Below, one piece after another: positions 1 through 13,671 of a stretch of DNA of 64,000 bases; the stretch's first letter is position 1, and every line of letters starts with the position of its first letter. The DNA lies in NCBI RefSeq assembly GCF_000497125.1, contig NC_090597.1, positions 1,437,797 to 1,501,796 of the forward strand. Direction: 5' to 3'. A model generated the notes under the pieces. It was not told the DNA's origin. It made no database searches and saw only the letters and a program-made list of their open reading frames with translations. The stretch is from Spironucleus salmonicida. Lineage: Eukaryota. The position numbers and the translations under genes are program-made.

Positions 1-2
1 TT

Positions 3-1385
3 CTTCGATAAATTTTTGACATCTAAAATAATACTTAAGATAGTCTAAGCTTTAAAACGGACTAACTAGTCAATTTTGATAGCGAATTGCAAAGAAAACT
101 TTTGTCAGTAAATGAATTTACGGAAGAATAGATTGAAGAGATTTTTGTAGATATCAGTAGCAAATTCTGCTTAATCCAAGAAAGCAATTCTCTAAAGACT
201 GAAATCAGCGAAATTGTACTAATATTGTAAAAAGAAATTGAAAATGGGGTAGACAGGAGTGTGAAATTAAGCCAACGACTCTATTTATTGACATTATAGG
301 CTATTAATTAAAGTTGTAAAGAATCGAATCAAACCGAATTTTTCCTTTAAAAATGTAAAGAAAGTTAGGAAATTCTAGCAGAAGAGCAAATTTTTATTTA
401 GGATATTTATTCCGATTTGAGAGATTAACTTAATATTGAAATTGATTTATCGCATATTTAATCAATTTTTAAGCCAATATTGCCTCTTAAGACTTGTTTT
501 ATTGAGATTTAGGAGTCAGATTTAGATTTAATTTTTCATTCTTCAAATTTAGTTAACTAGGAACTTTTAGCCGAAAAATTAGCTCTTAACGAGCCAGAAA
601 CAATCCGAGTTCTATCAGATTTACTTGTTATCAAAAAAATATAGAATTTTCAGATTTCAGATCCAAATCCAAAAGCCAAAAAAGGAGCTACAATTTTGCA
701 ATAAAAACACACTTTCTACGATGCACCTTTCGTGCGCTAAATAGCAAGTTTGAAAATTTAGATAAATTTAGCGTAATTTGAGTAAATTTTGAGTTTATTC
801 AAAGAACTTTTGACACTAAGTACATTTTAACGACCATAATCCGCTCCAAAATAATCAAAATAGTAAGAAATTGAGGTCAAAGTTTAGCCAGAATTAATTA
901 TTTTTGGCGAATAATAATAGTATTTTAAAATGTTGGAATTGTCTGAAAATGCACCAAAAATTATCGAATCAAAGTAGCATACCAGGGAGTTTTTGAGACT
1001 TTATATTCAAAAATTTGCAGAAATGACAGTTTTTGCTGAACAAGCTAAAAATGTAGTGTTTTTAATGCTTTTATTGCTCCCTGGTATTGGATTTGAGGCT
1101 AAGTGTGAACTAATTTTCGACTTATAGACTAAAAAAGTTGTTTAAATGGCACTTTTTGGCCAATAAATTTCAGAAATTTTGGCATTAGATTTCAGTGGAT
1201 AATTTTAAAGCGGTTAAGGAGAATAAATTGAAGTTTTTGGGGTCCAAACATTATTTTTGGCGGAAGAAATTAAAGAATAGGTATAAGAGAAGTTGATGGG
1301 AGTTACAGGCACTGAAATAGATATTGTGGAAGTAGCTGTTGTGTAGAAGAGTAGCCGAGCTGGAAGTGCTAAAAATAAGAAGTGA
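3..1385 (+). CDS. Hypothetical protein, 5'-partial (>460 aa), helical, Leu/Glu-rich
   Basis: Open in frame 3 under table 6 from the window edge to AAG TGA (1383-1385); ends ...SRAGSAKNKK*. No family recognised. Confidence 0.75.
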
Positions 1386-1479
1386 GGGGAGTATTAATAT
1401 ATTTATGAAATTTTATTTTATTGGTTTTTTGATAGAAATATAAAAAACTATAATAATAATATATAAGAATTTTTCAAAA

Positions 1480-2418
1480 ATGATTAAAATACTTTGGCTA
1501 GCATTTAGTATTGGGATAGTCAGTATTACATATAAAGATATGTTGGTTTATTCTTTTACTATTTTATGTTAGCATTTTACGAAAGTTAAGCTGAAAAATA
1601 GCCATATTTTATGTGTGTTTATAACTTTGGTTTATTATGTTTTAAATTTAAAATATTGCTAATTACTTAAATTTCATAAATTTTTAATACTTTAGATATT
1701 TCTAGTTAAGTAGATTTTTTAACAGTTTTGGCTTTTGCTAACATCGCCTAATTCTGCCGGAGTAGACAATAAAATTTATCCGTTACAGGAAAAATTATTT
1801 GTTACATACTGCAAGCACTGTAACTAACTAAATAAGCCGCATAGCTTTCATGGTATTTATTCATGTGTTGAGCAATATGATCATTCATGTCCGTGGGTTG
1901 GGAATGACGTTGGAAAATAGAATAGACCTTAGTTTATAAACTATTTGATTCTTGGGTTAATTTAATAGCTTATGGTTATTTATACTAGTTATAATGTTAT
2001 AATACAGAACAACTAAGTAAAGTATATTTTAGTATTAGGTATTCATAAAAAATTTGAATCGTTGATTTTAATACTAAATTTAGTAGCATTTATTCCAAAT
2101 ATAATTCAATTAATTGCCTAATTTTATCATTTGCGAAAGAAGTATTGTCATAGAAGTATGTTGTTGCTTAAAGAATATTAAGAGTATTAAAAGTAAGATT
2201 ATGTTTTTGCTGAAACTTAAGATCAATTAGTTTTAATTTTATAAGAAGTTAGTTAAGATTATGCAGAAATTAATATAAGAGGCCAAAACTACTGTGTTAA
2301 ATAATATAGTTCAGATTAAACTAAACAACTGATAGATAAATAGTTAGGATGTGGTTATTTTTTAGAAAATATTAAGTAGATTTTTTATACAAAAAAGTAA
2401 TTCATTCCAAGATGGTGA
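1480..2418 (+). CDS. DHHC-type palmitoyltransferase family protein (312 aa) with DHSC variant motif
   Basis: YCKHCNQLNKPHSFHGIYSCVEQYDHSCPWVGNDVGKQNRPQFINYL matches the DHHC cysteine-rich domain (DHHCPW.GNC.G..N...F); flanking hydrophobic TM segments. Confidence 0.85.
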
Positions 2419-2425
2419 ACAAATG

Positions 2426-3385
2426 TCATTCACTCGTTTAATGAGGTATAATATTTTAATCTGCATCAGTCATTTAGATATCCTTAGCAACTTAAAATCC
2501 ACCTTCAATCAATTCCCTAGTTTACTTTTCTTATTTAAATCTTTTTTCTTAAGCCCAAATAAAACCAATAATACTTAAAATAACACCACCAGCACACATA
2601 TATTGCCACCATTAAAAACTGTCTTTAAATAACAGAATACTAATTGGGAAGGTAAACACATTGGTTAAAACCAAGCTAACGCTAAAGAAAACAGCTGATG
2701 AAATTCTATAAATAACTAAGCTTAGGAAATAAAAACCAACCATGCCTATGCCAAAAGCAGAAATCAATAACCATGCTTAGAATGGAATATCCTAAAATTA
2801 GCTAACTTCTAAACCCATAGACATTGCAAAAGTAACTACCGCACCAATAAGTGACATTTACCCTAGGAATACCGAATATTCAATATCTGCGCTATATTTT
2901 TCATTAATTACACAAGCTAAACCATAGCAAAGAGCAGCACCCGCTGACAGCAATAATCCTTACCACTATGACCCTTTGAAATCAGTTCCAGCAAAACCTG
3001 CTGCAAAAGCGACTGTTATTACTGAAAATACAATCTTATAAATACTTATTTTCTTCTTTTAAATCAAAAAATAAAATACTACACTTAATGGAGTTGATAG
3101 AGAGACAATTAATAATGCAGAGGCAACTGAAGTATATGCATACGCATATATAACGCAGAGATTAGCACAAATATCAACCACACCACATAATATTCTTTTA
3201 TGAATCTAAAAAAATGCTTTCTTAGGAACCTTAAAAATTAATAAGGAGCATAAAAAATAGTAAATAAAAGCAGTAAATGCTGGTAAATTTGTTTAATAAA
3301 ATGCGTTGGATGCGTTAAGAAAAGTACCAAGGAATGCATTCAATAATGCAAGACATAGTCCTAATACTGGAGCGAGAAGTTTCAT
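2426..3385 (-). CDS. SLC35F-like / EamA (DMT superfamily) transporter (319 aa)
   Basis: About 10 hydrophobic segments; VVDICANLCVIYAYAYTSVASALLIVSLSTP and SAVFFSVSLVLTN resemble SLC35F1/2 motifs; ATG 3385, TGA 2426-2428. Confidence 0.8.
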
Positions 3386-3983
3386 TTGATAAAACTACTA
3401 TAATAATTATATATAACTATAATATTTTATATTCCGAAAAAATTCACGTATTGTATTTAGATTAAAGTTTATATAGGTATAACATCGCTATTAATAAAAA
3501 TTTTAAAAGGTTACGAACTAAAAATGTATATTTTTTAAATATTCAAAGTCTCATTACAAAGTATAATTGAAAAATATATCGTTATTATAATATTTTTAAT
3601 TATTTTAAAAATTATTTATGATAGTATGATTTGGATATATAGGTTTATATACTAAAAAACTATTTTTTAAATGAAGCGGAAGGCATATGCTTTGCTAACG
3701 AGAAACAAGCTAAAAATAACGGAATTTGACATATTTATATATGATCAAGATAGATTTATGTATTAAGAGTAGAATAACTTTAGATTAAATAGACGACGAT
3801 ATTAATATTTATTAAGAAAATGAGATGAATTACTTCTGTAGATAATCATATTATGTTAAAATATTATATATTTCATGTTATTTTTATAATTTCAAACTAT
3901 ATTTACTTCACTAATTCGATAGATATTATATTACCATTATTATATGCTTAAATAATTATAATAATTTCATTTTAAAATTTAGA

Positions 3984-5090
3984 ATGTCTTAACATTAAAA
4001 TAAAATTAATACAGATAATCAAAAGAGGTTATGTAAATAACATGATATATAGTAAGAAAACTCTGATATAATAAATAACTAGGTCTAGGACTAAATTGAT
4101 ACATAGTAATCTAAAAAGGGAGTAGAGTAAAATAAAGTTTTACCTAATATTTTTACACCTGAAACTGAGTTAGAAGCCTAATAAAATTATATTAATATTG
4201 ATTCAAATATAGAAACACCTGCAAATGTTGACAATTAATTTGAAACAAAGAAGGAAACCCTAAGATCAGAATCACCAACTCATTCATCTTAACAGTTTTA
4301 AACAATTGTTAATTCAGAAGCTGAATCACCTACTGAACTCCCTAAGAAAGTTAACATATTGTAACCCATAGCGCCGTAAAAATAATAAATATTATAGGTT
4401 GTATCACCTTTATATGAACATCATGACGCTAATAATTTTATTCCATCACCAGACCCAGATCAAAATCTTGGTTTGCATATGGAAGATTTACAATTATCTG
4501 ACGAAGATGATGTAGAAGACCCGAATATATTAGAAAGTTTAGTTTATAGACATGTTTAAGATTCCCATACAGTAGAAAGATTAGACAAAATAATTGATGA
4601 AGCTAATGCCTAAGTTATGCCACCGAAACCAGTATCAACAGTTTAAAATCTCTTTAAGAATGGTGTAGGTTCAATTTTTGATTTCCAAAGGAAATCGTAA
4701 TGTAATTCTAAAAATTCTTCATTCGCTTCTAATTAATCATTTAGAACAGATCAAACAGCATTTAAGTAAGAAGGAGCAGATCATGGATAAACTAGGGAAT
4801 CAGTTATTAGTTAAGCATTTTCTGAAATAGGTGATCATTTATGCATTGATGATATGTTTTAAGATGAGCTTTCTAAAATAAATGATACGTAGGAAAGCAT
4901 TGAAAAATCATAAAGCCTAGACAAGGAGGATAAGGATACTATTTCGGAATAGAAATCACAACAAAAATCAGAGAGTAAACTAGATATAAAGTCTGCAGCA
5001 ATAGGAAAGAATCTTTTTATTGACGATGAGGAAAAGTTACCAGAGAAGAAAAAAAGCATTTTTGCAGGTATTTTTAAACGAAAATAGTGA
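3984..5090 (+). CDS. Hypothetical low-complexity acidic/Gln-rich protein (368 aa)
   Basis: ATG 3984 to TAG TGA 5088-5090 in one frame; ends KKKSIFAGIFKRKQ*. Confidence 0.7.
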
Positions 5091-5101
5091 TAACATGCCT
5101 T

Positions 5102-8100
5102 TCACTTCTTAATGCTAAATCCTTCTAGGTTTATCTTTCCATCGCCTATGTAGCTACCTGACAGCTATTCAATAATTTTGTCCAAACTCTCTTTTTTATC
5201 TTCTTATCGTCTTTGTAGTACCTTTGGTTATTTATCGATACCTGCAAATTGATCCAATGGTGCTAGTAGTTTGCTTTAATGTTGACTATCGCGCATGGGA
5301 CTTATCTATTTCTTAATTATTTGCTCTCTTACACCACATCCATCCTATTTTTCTATGCTAGAGTGTCTCTTAGTGCTTCCAGTTTTTACAATTGGTTTCA
5401 CCTGAGCATCTATTTTATTTTAAATTTCAGATGCTTTTTTGTACTATGAAATTGCTTAATTCGGACCATTATAGGCGAAATTTTGAACCTACAGCAGACC
5501 TTTCATGTCAATAGTCGGATGCTACTTAATAGACTACTAGGGTCTTGTGAACCCCTTAATTTCACGCTTTTTAACAACATTTACAGCACCACGAACCATT
5601 AATTCGTTTACAGGGACCGTTTTAATATCAAATTAAATTGTTTTCATGGCGTTGTTAAGTCCATTAATATAATTATTTTTCTGGCCATTATAACGATGTA
5701 TGCCATGTTTAGCAGAATTCATAGGAACTGTGATGTATGGAACATTTTTAATTGGATCACGAGTAACCAATTTACTCAATTACACTTACTACACATTCTA
5801 ACTACTAGTTTTATCTAAAAAGACTTCTTATTTTTCTTAAACTTCTTTCAAACTTACCTTCGCAGCTGTCACAAGTTAATCTATTGGAATATGCCCACTT
5901 AGCGTATTGTGCGTATTTTAAATTGCAGCCATATGATGCCTTGACGTACTATTAGCCATTTATTTTTCTACACCTTTTTCATTTTATTTTTCTACTGCAA
6001 ATCTGACTTAAAACGGTTTAGCAACCATTTTTTGATCAACCTTATTTCGTTCTTTTTCAGCAATTTTAGCTTATCTCGCACATTTAATAGCCATGTCCTT
6101 ACTATTTTAGTCTTTACTCTCTTTCTACAAAACATCTATAATTTCATTGTTATAAATCGCATTCCCGAGTTCCTAAACTTACTTTTCAGTCATCAAATTT
6201 ACATTTCTTAGTGCTTTCGCAAGTTCTGGGTTATATAAGACATTACTGAGAAGCTTTGCAGAGACCATTGAATATTTGTTATTTGAGATGATTTTTGCCA
6301 TATCTTCGTTATATAAAATCTGTAAAATTGTATCTGCAGTGTCTTGTGTAATTTATCCATTGAGTAAATTTTCAGCAATTTCAGTATCAAAAAGTGTTTT
6401 TTCCATATTTTTAACAATTTTCTTCTTCAAAATTTCCTATTTCTAAATATTTTAAAGTTACTTCACTTATGCTTAAATTTACGTTGTAGCAGTGTCAGAT
6501 TGGTCACTAAATAATACCTTTGCGACTTATTTATCACTAAATATATCTATTATTTAACGAGCTTCTTGAGGTGTAATTTCTTTGTTTTTTAAGTTTACAA
6601 GTGATTAAGTGTCGTAAAGTTTTTGTAGCTTCTTAGTAGTTTTCACATCAAAGTTTGCTTACATGAGCTTCTGCATAGTTTCTTAATTAATAACTACTTC
6701 AAGGAGTTAGTTTGTAGATTCTTGAGAAAGTGGAATTCCAGAGTGTATCTTTTCATAAAATTCTTCCCCCAAAAGGGTTTAAAATTTATTAATTAGAGAA
6801 GCGTGTAGTTTATTTTGCTTTTACAACATAAGAGCAGATTTTATTGATTACCCGAATTGGAAAAGATTAAGTTCTCCTTCAGGAGTAAAGTTTTTAGCTC
6901 TAGTAGTGAGTTCTTTAGAATTACTAATGAAATTTGTAGGAATTTCTGGGTTCAAACAGACAATTTATGCAAGCTTTTAGTCGTAAAAAATCTTTATAAG
7001 AAGCTCCTAATTTTACTTAGATAAAGAATGCGCTGTTAATTCTTCTGCAAAAGGCTTAGAATATAAATTTTAGATAGTGAGCTTTTGGATGTCTGAAAGC
7101 TCATTAAACTTTTACAAAACTCTTTTAATCATAATTGGATGATAAACGGCTTTTTAAATTACTTCTTAATTAAACGCCATAAGATTGTCATCTAACAATT
7201 ATTGTATAAAATCATTATCATAAACACTATCTAAGAAGTTTTATTAATATTTAGATTTGAAGTCTTCTTCGTTAATTTCATCGTCGAATACAAAATTAAG
7301 TAGTTGGTCTTGAAGTTAAGTATTTAATAACTCCAAGACTTATTATTTTGCAGTTTTTGAAACTTTTTCATCGTTTTATTTTAAATTTTGTAGAATAACC
7401 GACTCGACATCTTAAACATCATTAAGGTTAATATCACCTAAAAGTTTATCCATGATAAAAGTATTACCTTTCAATTAGCGTTTCCATTATGTATTAGATT
7501 ATTAAAGAGATACTGTATTAGGATTATAACTATCAATATCAGTTAATTAAAGCACTGCTGACTTTTCTTTGTCTATTTCTTATTTTAGTTTTATAATTTC
7601 ATCTTTTTATTTCTTCAAAAGTTATTTTAATTATATAGAAGCCTCACCTTCAGTAATATCATCATCTTGAGAATAGATATCAGAACTATTCTCTTCAGTT
7701 ATATCAGTGTAATCTTTTTCTCCTTATTACATTTTAAGATCCGCAAATGATGCAACAGTTCTAATCTATAAAGCTAAGTTTTAGTTAATCTCATCTTCTT
7801 TATGATTTTTAATAATCTCTTAAGGATTAATATCCAACTCATATTAATCTATGTTTGAAGGCACTACTAAACCATCTTATATAAGTTAATTAATTTTATT
7901 TTCTTCAATTTACATTTTTTATTCAGGAAGAAGTTAATTCGCAGAAGGTTCCTATCTACCGTAATCATAGTTTTCTTTAGATATAATTACATTTTCTGAT
8001 AATAAATTGTCATCAGGAAGTAATCGATTATTGGGTGGTATGTTATTTCTCTTTCTGACAGACTCATTAGATTCAATATTTTATTTCTATGATTACGAAT

Positions 8101-10948
8101 TTTATATAACTTCAACTTAATTTTAATTAATTATGTCGATATTTTAATTATTATAATCGGTTATAAGATCTTCTTATTTTAATTGATGACTATCAGATTG
8201 TGTACTTGATAAATTTTCAGCACCAATTTGTTATTCGGTTTTTCTGTTCTCCATTACTTATTTAATTTGTTATTCAATAGTACCTTTTCCTTTCAATATG
8301 GTATTTTTTTCGGAATTAATGGGTTGGGAAGTCGTTTCATTCTAAATTTAATTTATTTATACGTCATCTTATATATCTGACAGTAATTCACTATTGGCTT
8401 CGCCTGAAGTATTATATTGATCTTAATCAGCCTCTTATTCTTTTATATTAATCTAATTAATATTTTGTTGCTATAAAATGCGCATAGCCTCACGCTCTTT
8501 TTCTGTAAGCTTACTAATTTATTCTTAGGATAAAGGTTGCTACAATATTTATAGTTATTTTTCGGTAAATTAGGCTAAAACTGCATCAATATCATTAATG
8601 TATGAACTACTATCCTTTGTACTTTCATGAGGTGTATTAGGTAATTTTGAAGGCTTCATCTTATTATTCGCTTATTATTTACTAGAATATTATGAATTTT
8701 TCTATACAATTTCTTTTTAATTTAGTTTCTTACTAATATCCTTGTCAGCAGACAATTGTTAGTTACTATATACATTTGCTGCAGGTTTTTAGGACTAACC
8801 ACTAGTTTTAATTTTGTTTTGATTATTTAAAGATTTATCTAAGTCTTAATTTCTCCTGAACGACTTCTTTGGAATGATAGTTGTTTTTTAAACAGTGCTG
8901 GATTCTTACTTTATTTATTCTATACCAAATTAAACTTCTTATTCCTATTATTCAGGTGAATCTAATACAGGAATATTTACTTCAATTTAATTCTAAATAA
9001 TTTAGTTCTGTTTAATTTAAGCTTCTACACCTTTTCTATGTGAGTGTCGAGAACTTTAGTTAGATTTTGAAGTATTGGAGCCATCCTCTTAGATTCGTTC
9101 CTAGTCATCACTAATAAGCTATGGTTTTTTACCTTTTCTAAAGCTAGCATTCTTTACTTTTAAGTTGCTTAGATTTTACAAATTATCTATTTATTTAGTT
9201 TAGCTATCTAATCCTAATTTAGTTTACAAATAATCCATATGTTTTTTCATTTCTAAAGTTTTACAGCTTTCCTTTTTAAGTACAAACCTTAATATTTCAG
9301 CTTATTTAAATGTGGCTTCTATTACTCTATCAACTTCATCAGGCTACCAAGGAAGTCCCATTTAGAATTACTCAATTCTTTTAGTGAGTTCTAACTAGTT
9401 TCCTTATGATAGATCTATTGAGCCATTATTAATATTATTGGAGCGTATGCTGCTACTTTGATTCCAATTTAAATTCGAGTTTGTTTAATTATCTACTTCG
9501 TTTTCAGTTTGAAATTCAGGAACTTAAATTTCTTAAGATTTTGTTTATTTCTTACGTGATAATGGTTTATCTAAAGTTATTCCTCCCAAATCTAAAGATT
9601 GCCTAATACTCGCATTTTCAGTTAACTCTTAATTAACAATCATGAGGCGATCTATTTCTTATTTTAGGCGATCATTAACAATAGTAATGTTTTCAATTTT
9701 TTCTAATAGTTCATCTGCCTGTTAATTCTACGTCTTTAATTCTTACTTTTATAGTTTTTAGATCTAGCTTCTAAGTTAATCAATTTAATTTCGTAATTAA
9801 TTGACTTCATTGTTCTTGAGAAGTTATAAATCCTCTAATTTACCAACGAGTTCTAGCATTTCATTATATTTCTGTTCAAATTCACCTCGTGAAGACGCTT
9901 TTTGTTAATATTCTTTAATGTCACTCTCCAACTAAGCAATTTAATTGTTAAAGAATGAATTTTATTCTTTCAACTATTGACAGTCATTTTACAATGAGGA
10001 AACTTCATTTTCAGTAGCTTATTTAGCCTTTGTTAATAGTTAACATTCATCTTTATAACCTTATACGGCTTATTCTGACTTTAATTCGGCTTATTCTAAC
10101 TCTCTGCAACTATCTAAATATCTCTTCTTAAAACCTTCACCTTCTACAGCTTAACCATGTAAAAGTAAAACCTATGCTTTTAATTATTTAATTTCATCAA
10201 GTAATTTATTATTATCTATTCGAATTTCTTTGGAAGAATGTTATTTAAATTATTCTAAATCTAATGAAATGTCTGGCATATTAAGGCAATCAGCTGCCTA
10301 TGGTAGTTCATTAAAATCTGGTTGAAATTTATTACCAAATCTTTATTTTTAAACAATCTACTCACGAAGAGTACTAATTTCTTTGACAAATCTTTGCTTT
10401 TCATTTATTATAGTTTACTACAAAGTTTTAATAATTTCAGCTTAGATAGAAGCCTAGGTTTAAAACTATGATAATTCACCCTCCAAATCTCTTATCCTAT
10501 TGCCTTAATGATTTGAATGTTATAATTAGGTCTACAGTATACTTAAAAACTAATCAAATACTATCTAAGGTAATTATTCATCAAATACTGATCTTAATTA
10601 CTCCAATGAATCATCAATAAATGGAGCATATACTGGTAAAATGTTCTTCGGGGCTTCATGATCGGTAAGTGAGTTACACTTTAATAATGGTTCAAACATT
10701 ACATACAAAGGTCGTTACTCAATTTATGTATTTAGTTCGCTAAATGCTGCAGATAATTTTTAGTTATATGCTTATTACAATAAAGTAATGCATTATCTAA
10801 GCTATTTTTATGATTTCAAGTTAAGATCTTAGATTTTCATTTTTTAACTATCAATTTAGCTTGGCAATTTACTTTCTTAAAATTATTAAACTTAATTTAC
10901 TATAGAATCAGCTTCTTATTCATCCTTTATAGATAAACGTGGCTGCAT
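5102..10948 (-). CDS. Very large coiled-coil / low-complexity protein (~1948 aa)
   Basis: ATG 10948 (MQPRLSIKDEQ) and AAG TGA at 5102-5104 are in the same frame; internal spot checks open; Q/E/K-rich heptad-like stretches. Confidence 0.75.
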
Positions 10949-11023
10949 TTTTAAAGGATAGAAAATATATGGATATTAAATTATATATAATCTTTGAAAA
11001 TAAATTTCAGTATTATGTTTATT

Positions 11024-11278
11024 TCAGAAAAGAATCGTACACTATAAGATGCAGGATAATACTATCGTAATAATCGATGCAGTTTAAAGTTTCCATGCGG
11101 TTTAATGTAGAGACTACACTGACTATAGCGAATTTTTACATACTTATTTATATTATTTGCTAGGAAAACTCTTTATTATCCTTATACAAGATGGTGTATA
11201 AATGAACATTAATATAGCACTTATTTGAGTGATAATGAAAACTACCCATAATAAATAGCTTGCATATTTTCTCTTCAT
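11024..11278 (-). CDS. Small putative two-TM protein (84 aa)
   Basis: MKRKYASYLLWVVFIITQISAILMFIY...TASIITIVLSCILQCTILF*; fills the gap between two minus-strand genes. Confidence 0.45.
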
Positions 11279-11334
11279 TTATTAATATAATGAAAATAAT
11301 TTTATATAATAATACTAATAGAATTTTAATAATC

Positions 11335-13524
11335 TCACAATATTGCGTTTTCTAAAAACGCAAACAATTATGATCTTACACCATCCATTGTTAACCCTCC
11401 TTTTTCAACATCTATCATAAGTTTTCCTACATACTCCATTAATCGTTTTTAATTTTATAGAAATATTTATCTTGCTCTTGACTTATCACCATCACAGTTA
11501 AACATTAAAAGTTCATAGACTAAGTCTACTATTTTTTGCTTGAGCTAATCATTATCTATGACGACACTTTATTTTGACTGCTAACTTTCTTCTTCAGGCT
11601 TAAATGGTTTCATAAGTTCTTTAAGCTTTAAATTAGACTATTCAGAAAATTCTTAGCTAGATTTTCTTACATTATCTTAAAGAACTGATTTTTTCTTGCG
11701 CAATTAGCTTCTTGAGCTTTTACTACTCTTTCTAGTTAATTAGCTAGATAATCCACTTTAAATAGTAGCTTCGGATACTATACTGTTATTATCAGAAGTT
11801 GGTGTATTTGAACGCTTCATTGTAGATGAATTACTCATAATGGTGCTATCGACACGAAAAGTACTACCAGAAACTTTCCGCTACTTTAACCTAGATACAG
11901 TACTTGTTTTTGATCTTACAGTTCCCATTGTTGTAGTAGAATATCTAGTACTATTAGCATCTACACTACATTAGGTGGTGCTAGCCTGGCTTGTAATGCC
12001 AGTATTGCTTTCAGAAACTAATTTTTTACTTTTCACAATTTTATCAGTTTTCTTTAAACTACTTCCTTTTTTAAGTGAAGTGTTTTTTTAAGGTTTTCCA
12101 GGACTTTTAGCCTTAGTTTTCCTGATATTATCAACTAATTTATCATCTTTGCATATTTTCTTTTTACTTTCTTTTTCTACTTTTTCTACTATTTTTTAAT
12201 TTAAACTTACCAATAGAAATCTCACGCTTTTCATAGCACTAAGGACAAAATACTCCTATTAAACTTTCTAATTCTCATAGAAATCAGTGCTTTTTGTCAC
12301 TTCATTTATCGCTAAATCTAACTACTGCTAATTAACTTGACATTTTAACTAAACATATTGTCGTAAGCATTCAGAAATGTTTTATGACAAAATTATTTTC
12401 CGAATAGTTGAATTTTGTTGTAAGATTCTGCACAGAAAATGACTTTTTACCTCCTCTAACTCATATTTTTCTGCTTCATCTAAACTCTCCTACTAAATTT
12501 TTCTGATTAGCTAAGAAGGTGCGTGTCGAGCCATAACACTCGACATACTGGTTTTTAAATACTTTTACCATTCCAAATTTTCATTTTCGCACTCAGCGCG
12601 TCGCTTCATGATCAAATCGACATCATTTTCCCTCAAATCGATTACTTATAACGCCTAATCTTTTACTATTATATCAACTATCGAGTCTCCGAAACTCTTA
12701 CTCACTTAGCAGCTCTAAATTGCTAAATATTCGACACCCTGGCAGCCAAACCGGTGTTTAAAAGTCGCTTTTTCAGCATCAGAATAACACGTTCGCAATT
12801 CGTGCTCGGCAGTGTGACGAGCGCAGGGCCCGTAGTGTTTGTTAAGGGCGGTAGAGTAGGACTGGGCGTACACGTTCGCGTTATTTTGAAGAAACTGAAT
12901 AAAATCGGTCTTTATTCCCGCTAAGTTAGTGTTTGAGATACTCAGAACGAGGAGTTTCTGCAGGTTTGGTAGTTGCTTAAGAATTTTTGGGAGCGGTAGC
13001 GGCGCTAAATTGTCCAGAATCAGCACTTCGAGGGAGCTTGGAATATCCAGCTGATCCAAAAGACCTGGTGGTGCGTTGAAAAGTGATAGAATTTTTAGGT
13101 TTTCCATCGCTGGAATTTTGACTTACAGTGTTTCTACTAGTTTTGCCAAGTGTGTTTCCGATGATTTTTCGATGATTTTGGGGAAAGGGGTTCCATAAAA
13201 CTGTGACTTTGGGAGTAGCTGGTGTAGGATAGGCTGATTCGCATAGTTAATAAGATCATAGAATTTGCTCGATTGAGAAAAAATGGATTGAAATTATATA
13301 AATTTATCCTAATAAATGCTAGATTGGAATTCTATAGAAAGCTCGGCAATGGAGGTTGGGGCTTCGTGAATAGCTCTCTAGAGCATTTACAATACATTTG
13401 GTGTCGTATAGCAGGTTGAGAACCTGATAGCTGATTATTCTAGAAGTGATTCTATTTATCTTGGAAGTTATTTCACATTGTTTAGTTTCTACTAATTTCG
13501 AATTACATCTTTCCAAATTCCCAT
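11335..13524 (-). CDS. Leucine-rich-repeat-like protein with S/T/K-rich C-terminal half (729 aa)
   Basis: Extends track ORF 12715-13107 both ways under table 6; LxxLxL-type repeats (LKILSLFN, LEVLILDN, LLVLSISNTNL); ATG 13524, TGA 11335-11337. Confidence 0.7.
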
Positions 13525-13671
13525 TTGTAGTCTGGAGCGCGGTGTAATAATATGGTATAATAATTACTAATATTTTACGATAATTTAATATTATGATACA
13601 ATAATATTATTCTTAGATTTATATAAATAATTATAATATAGTAATAATTACGATATTAAAAATTTTACAAA

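Noticed and set aside
3671..3823. 50-aa ORF MKRKAYALL...
   Set aside because: Short, no motif; such ORFs arise easily with a single stop codon.
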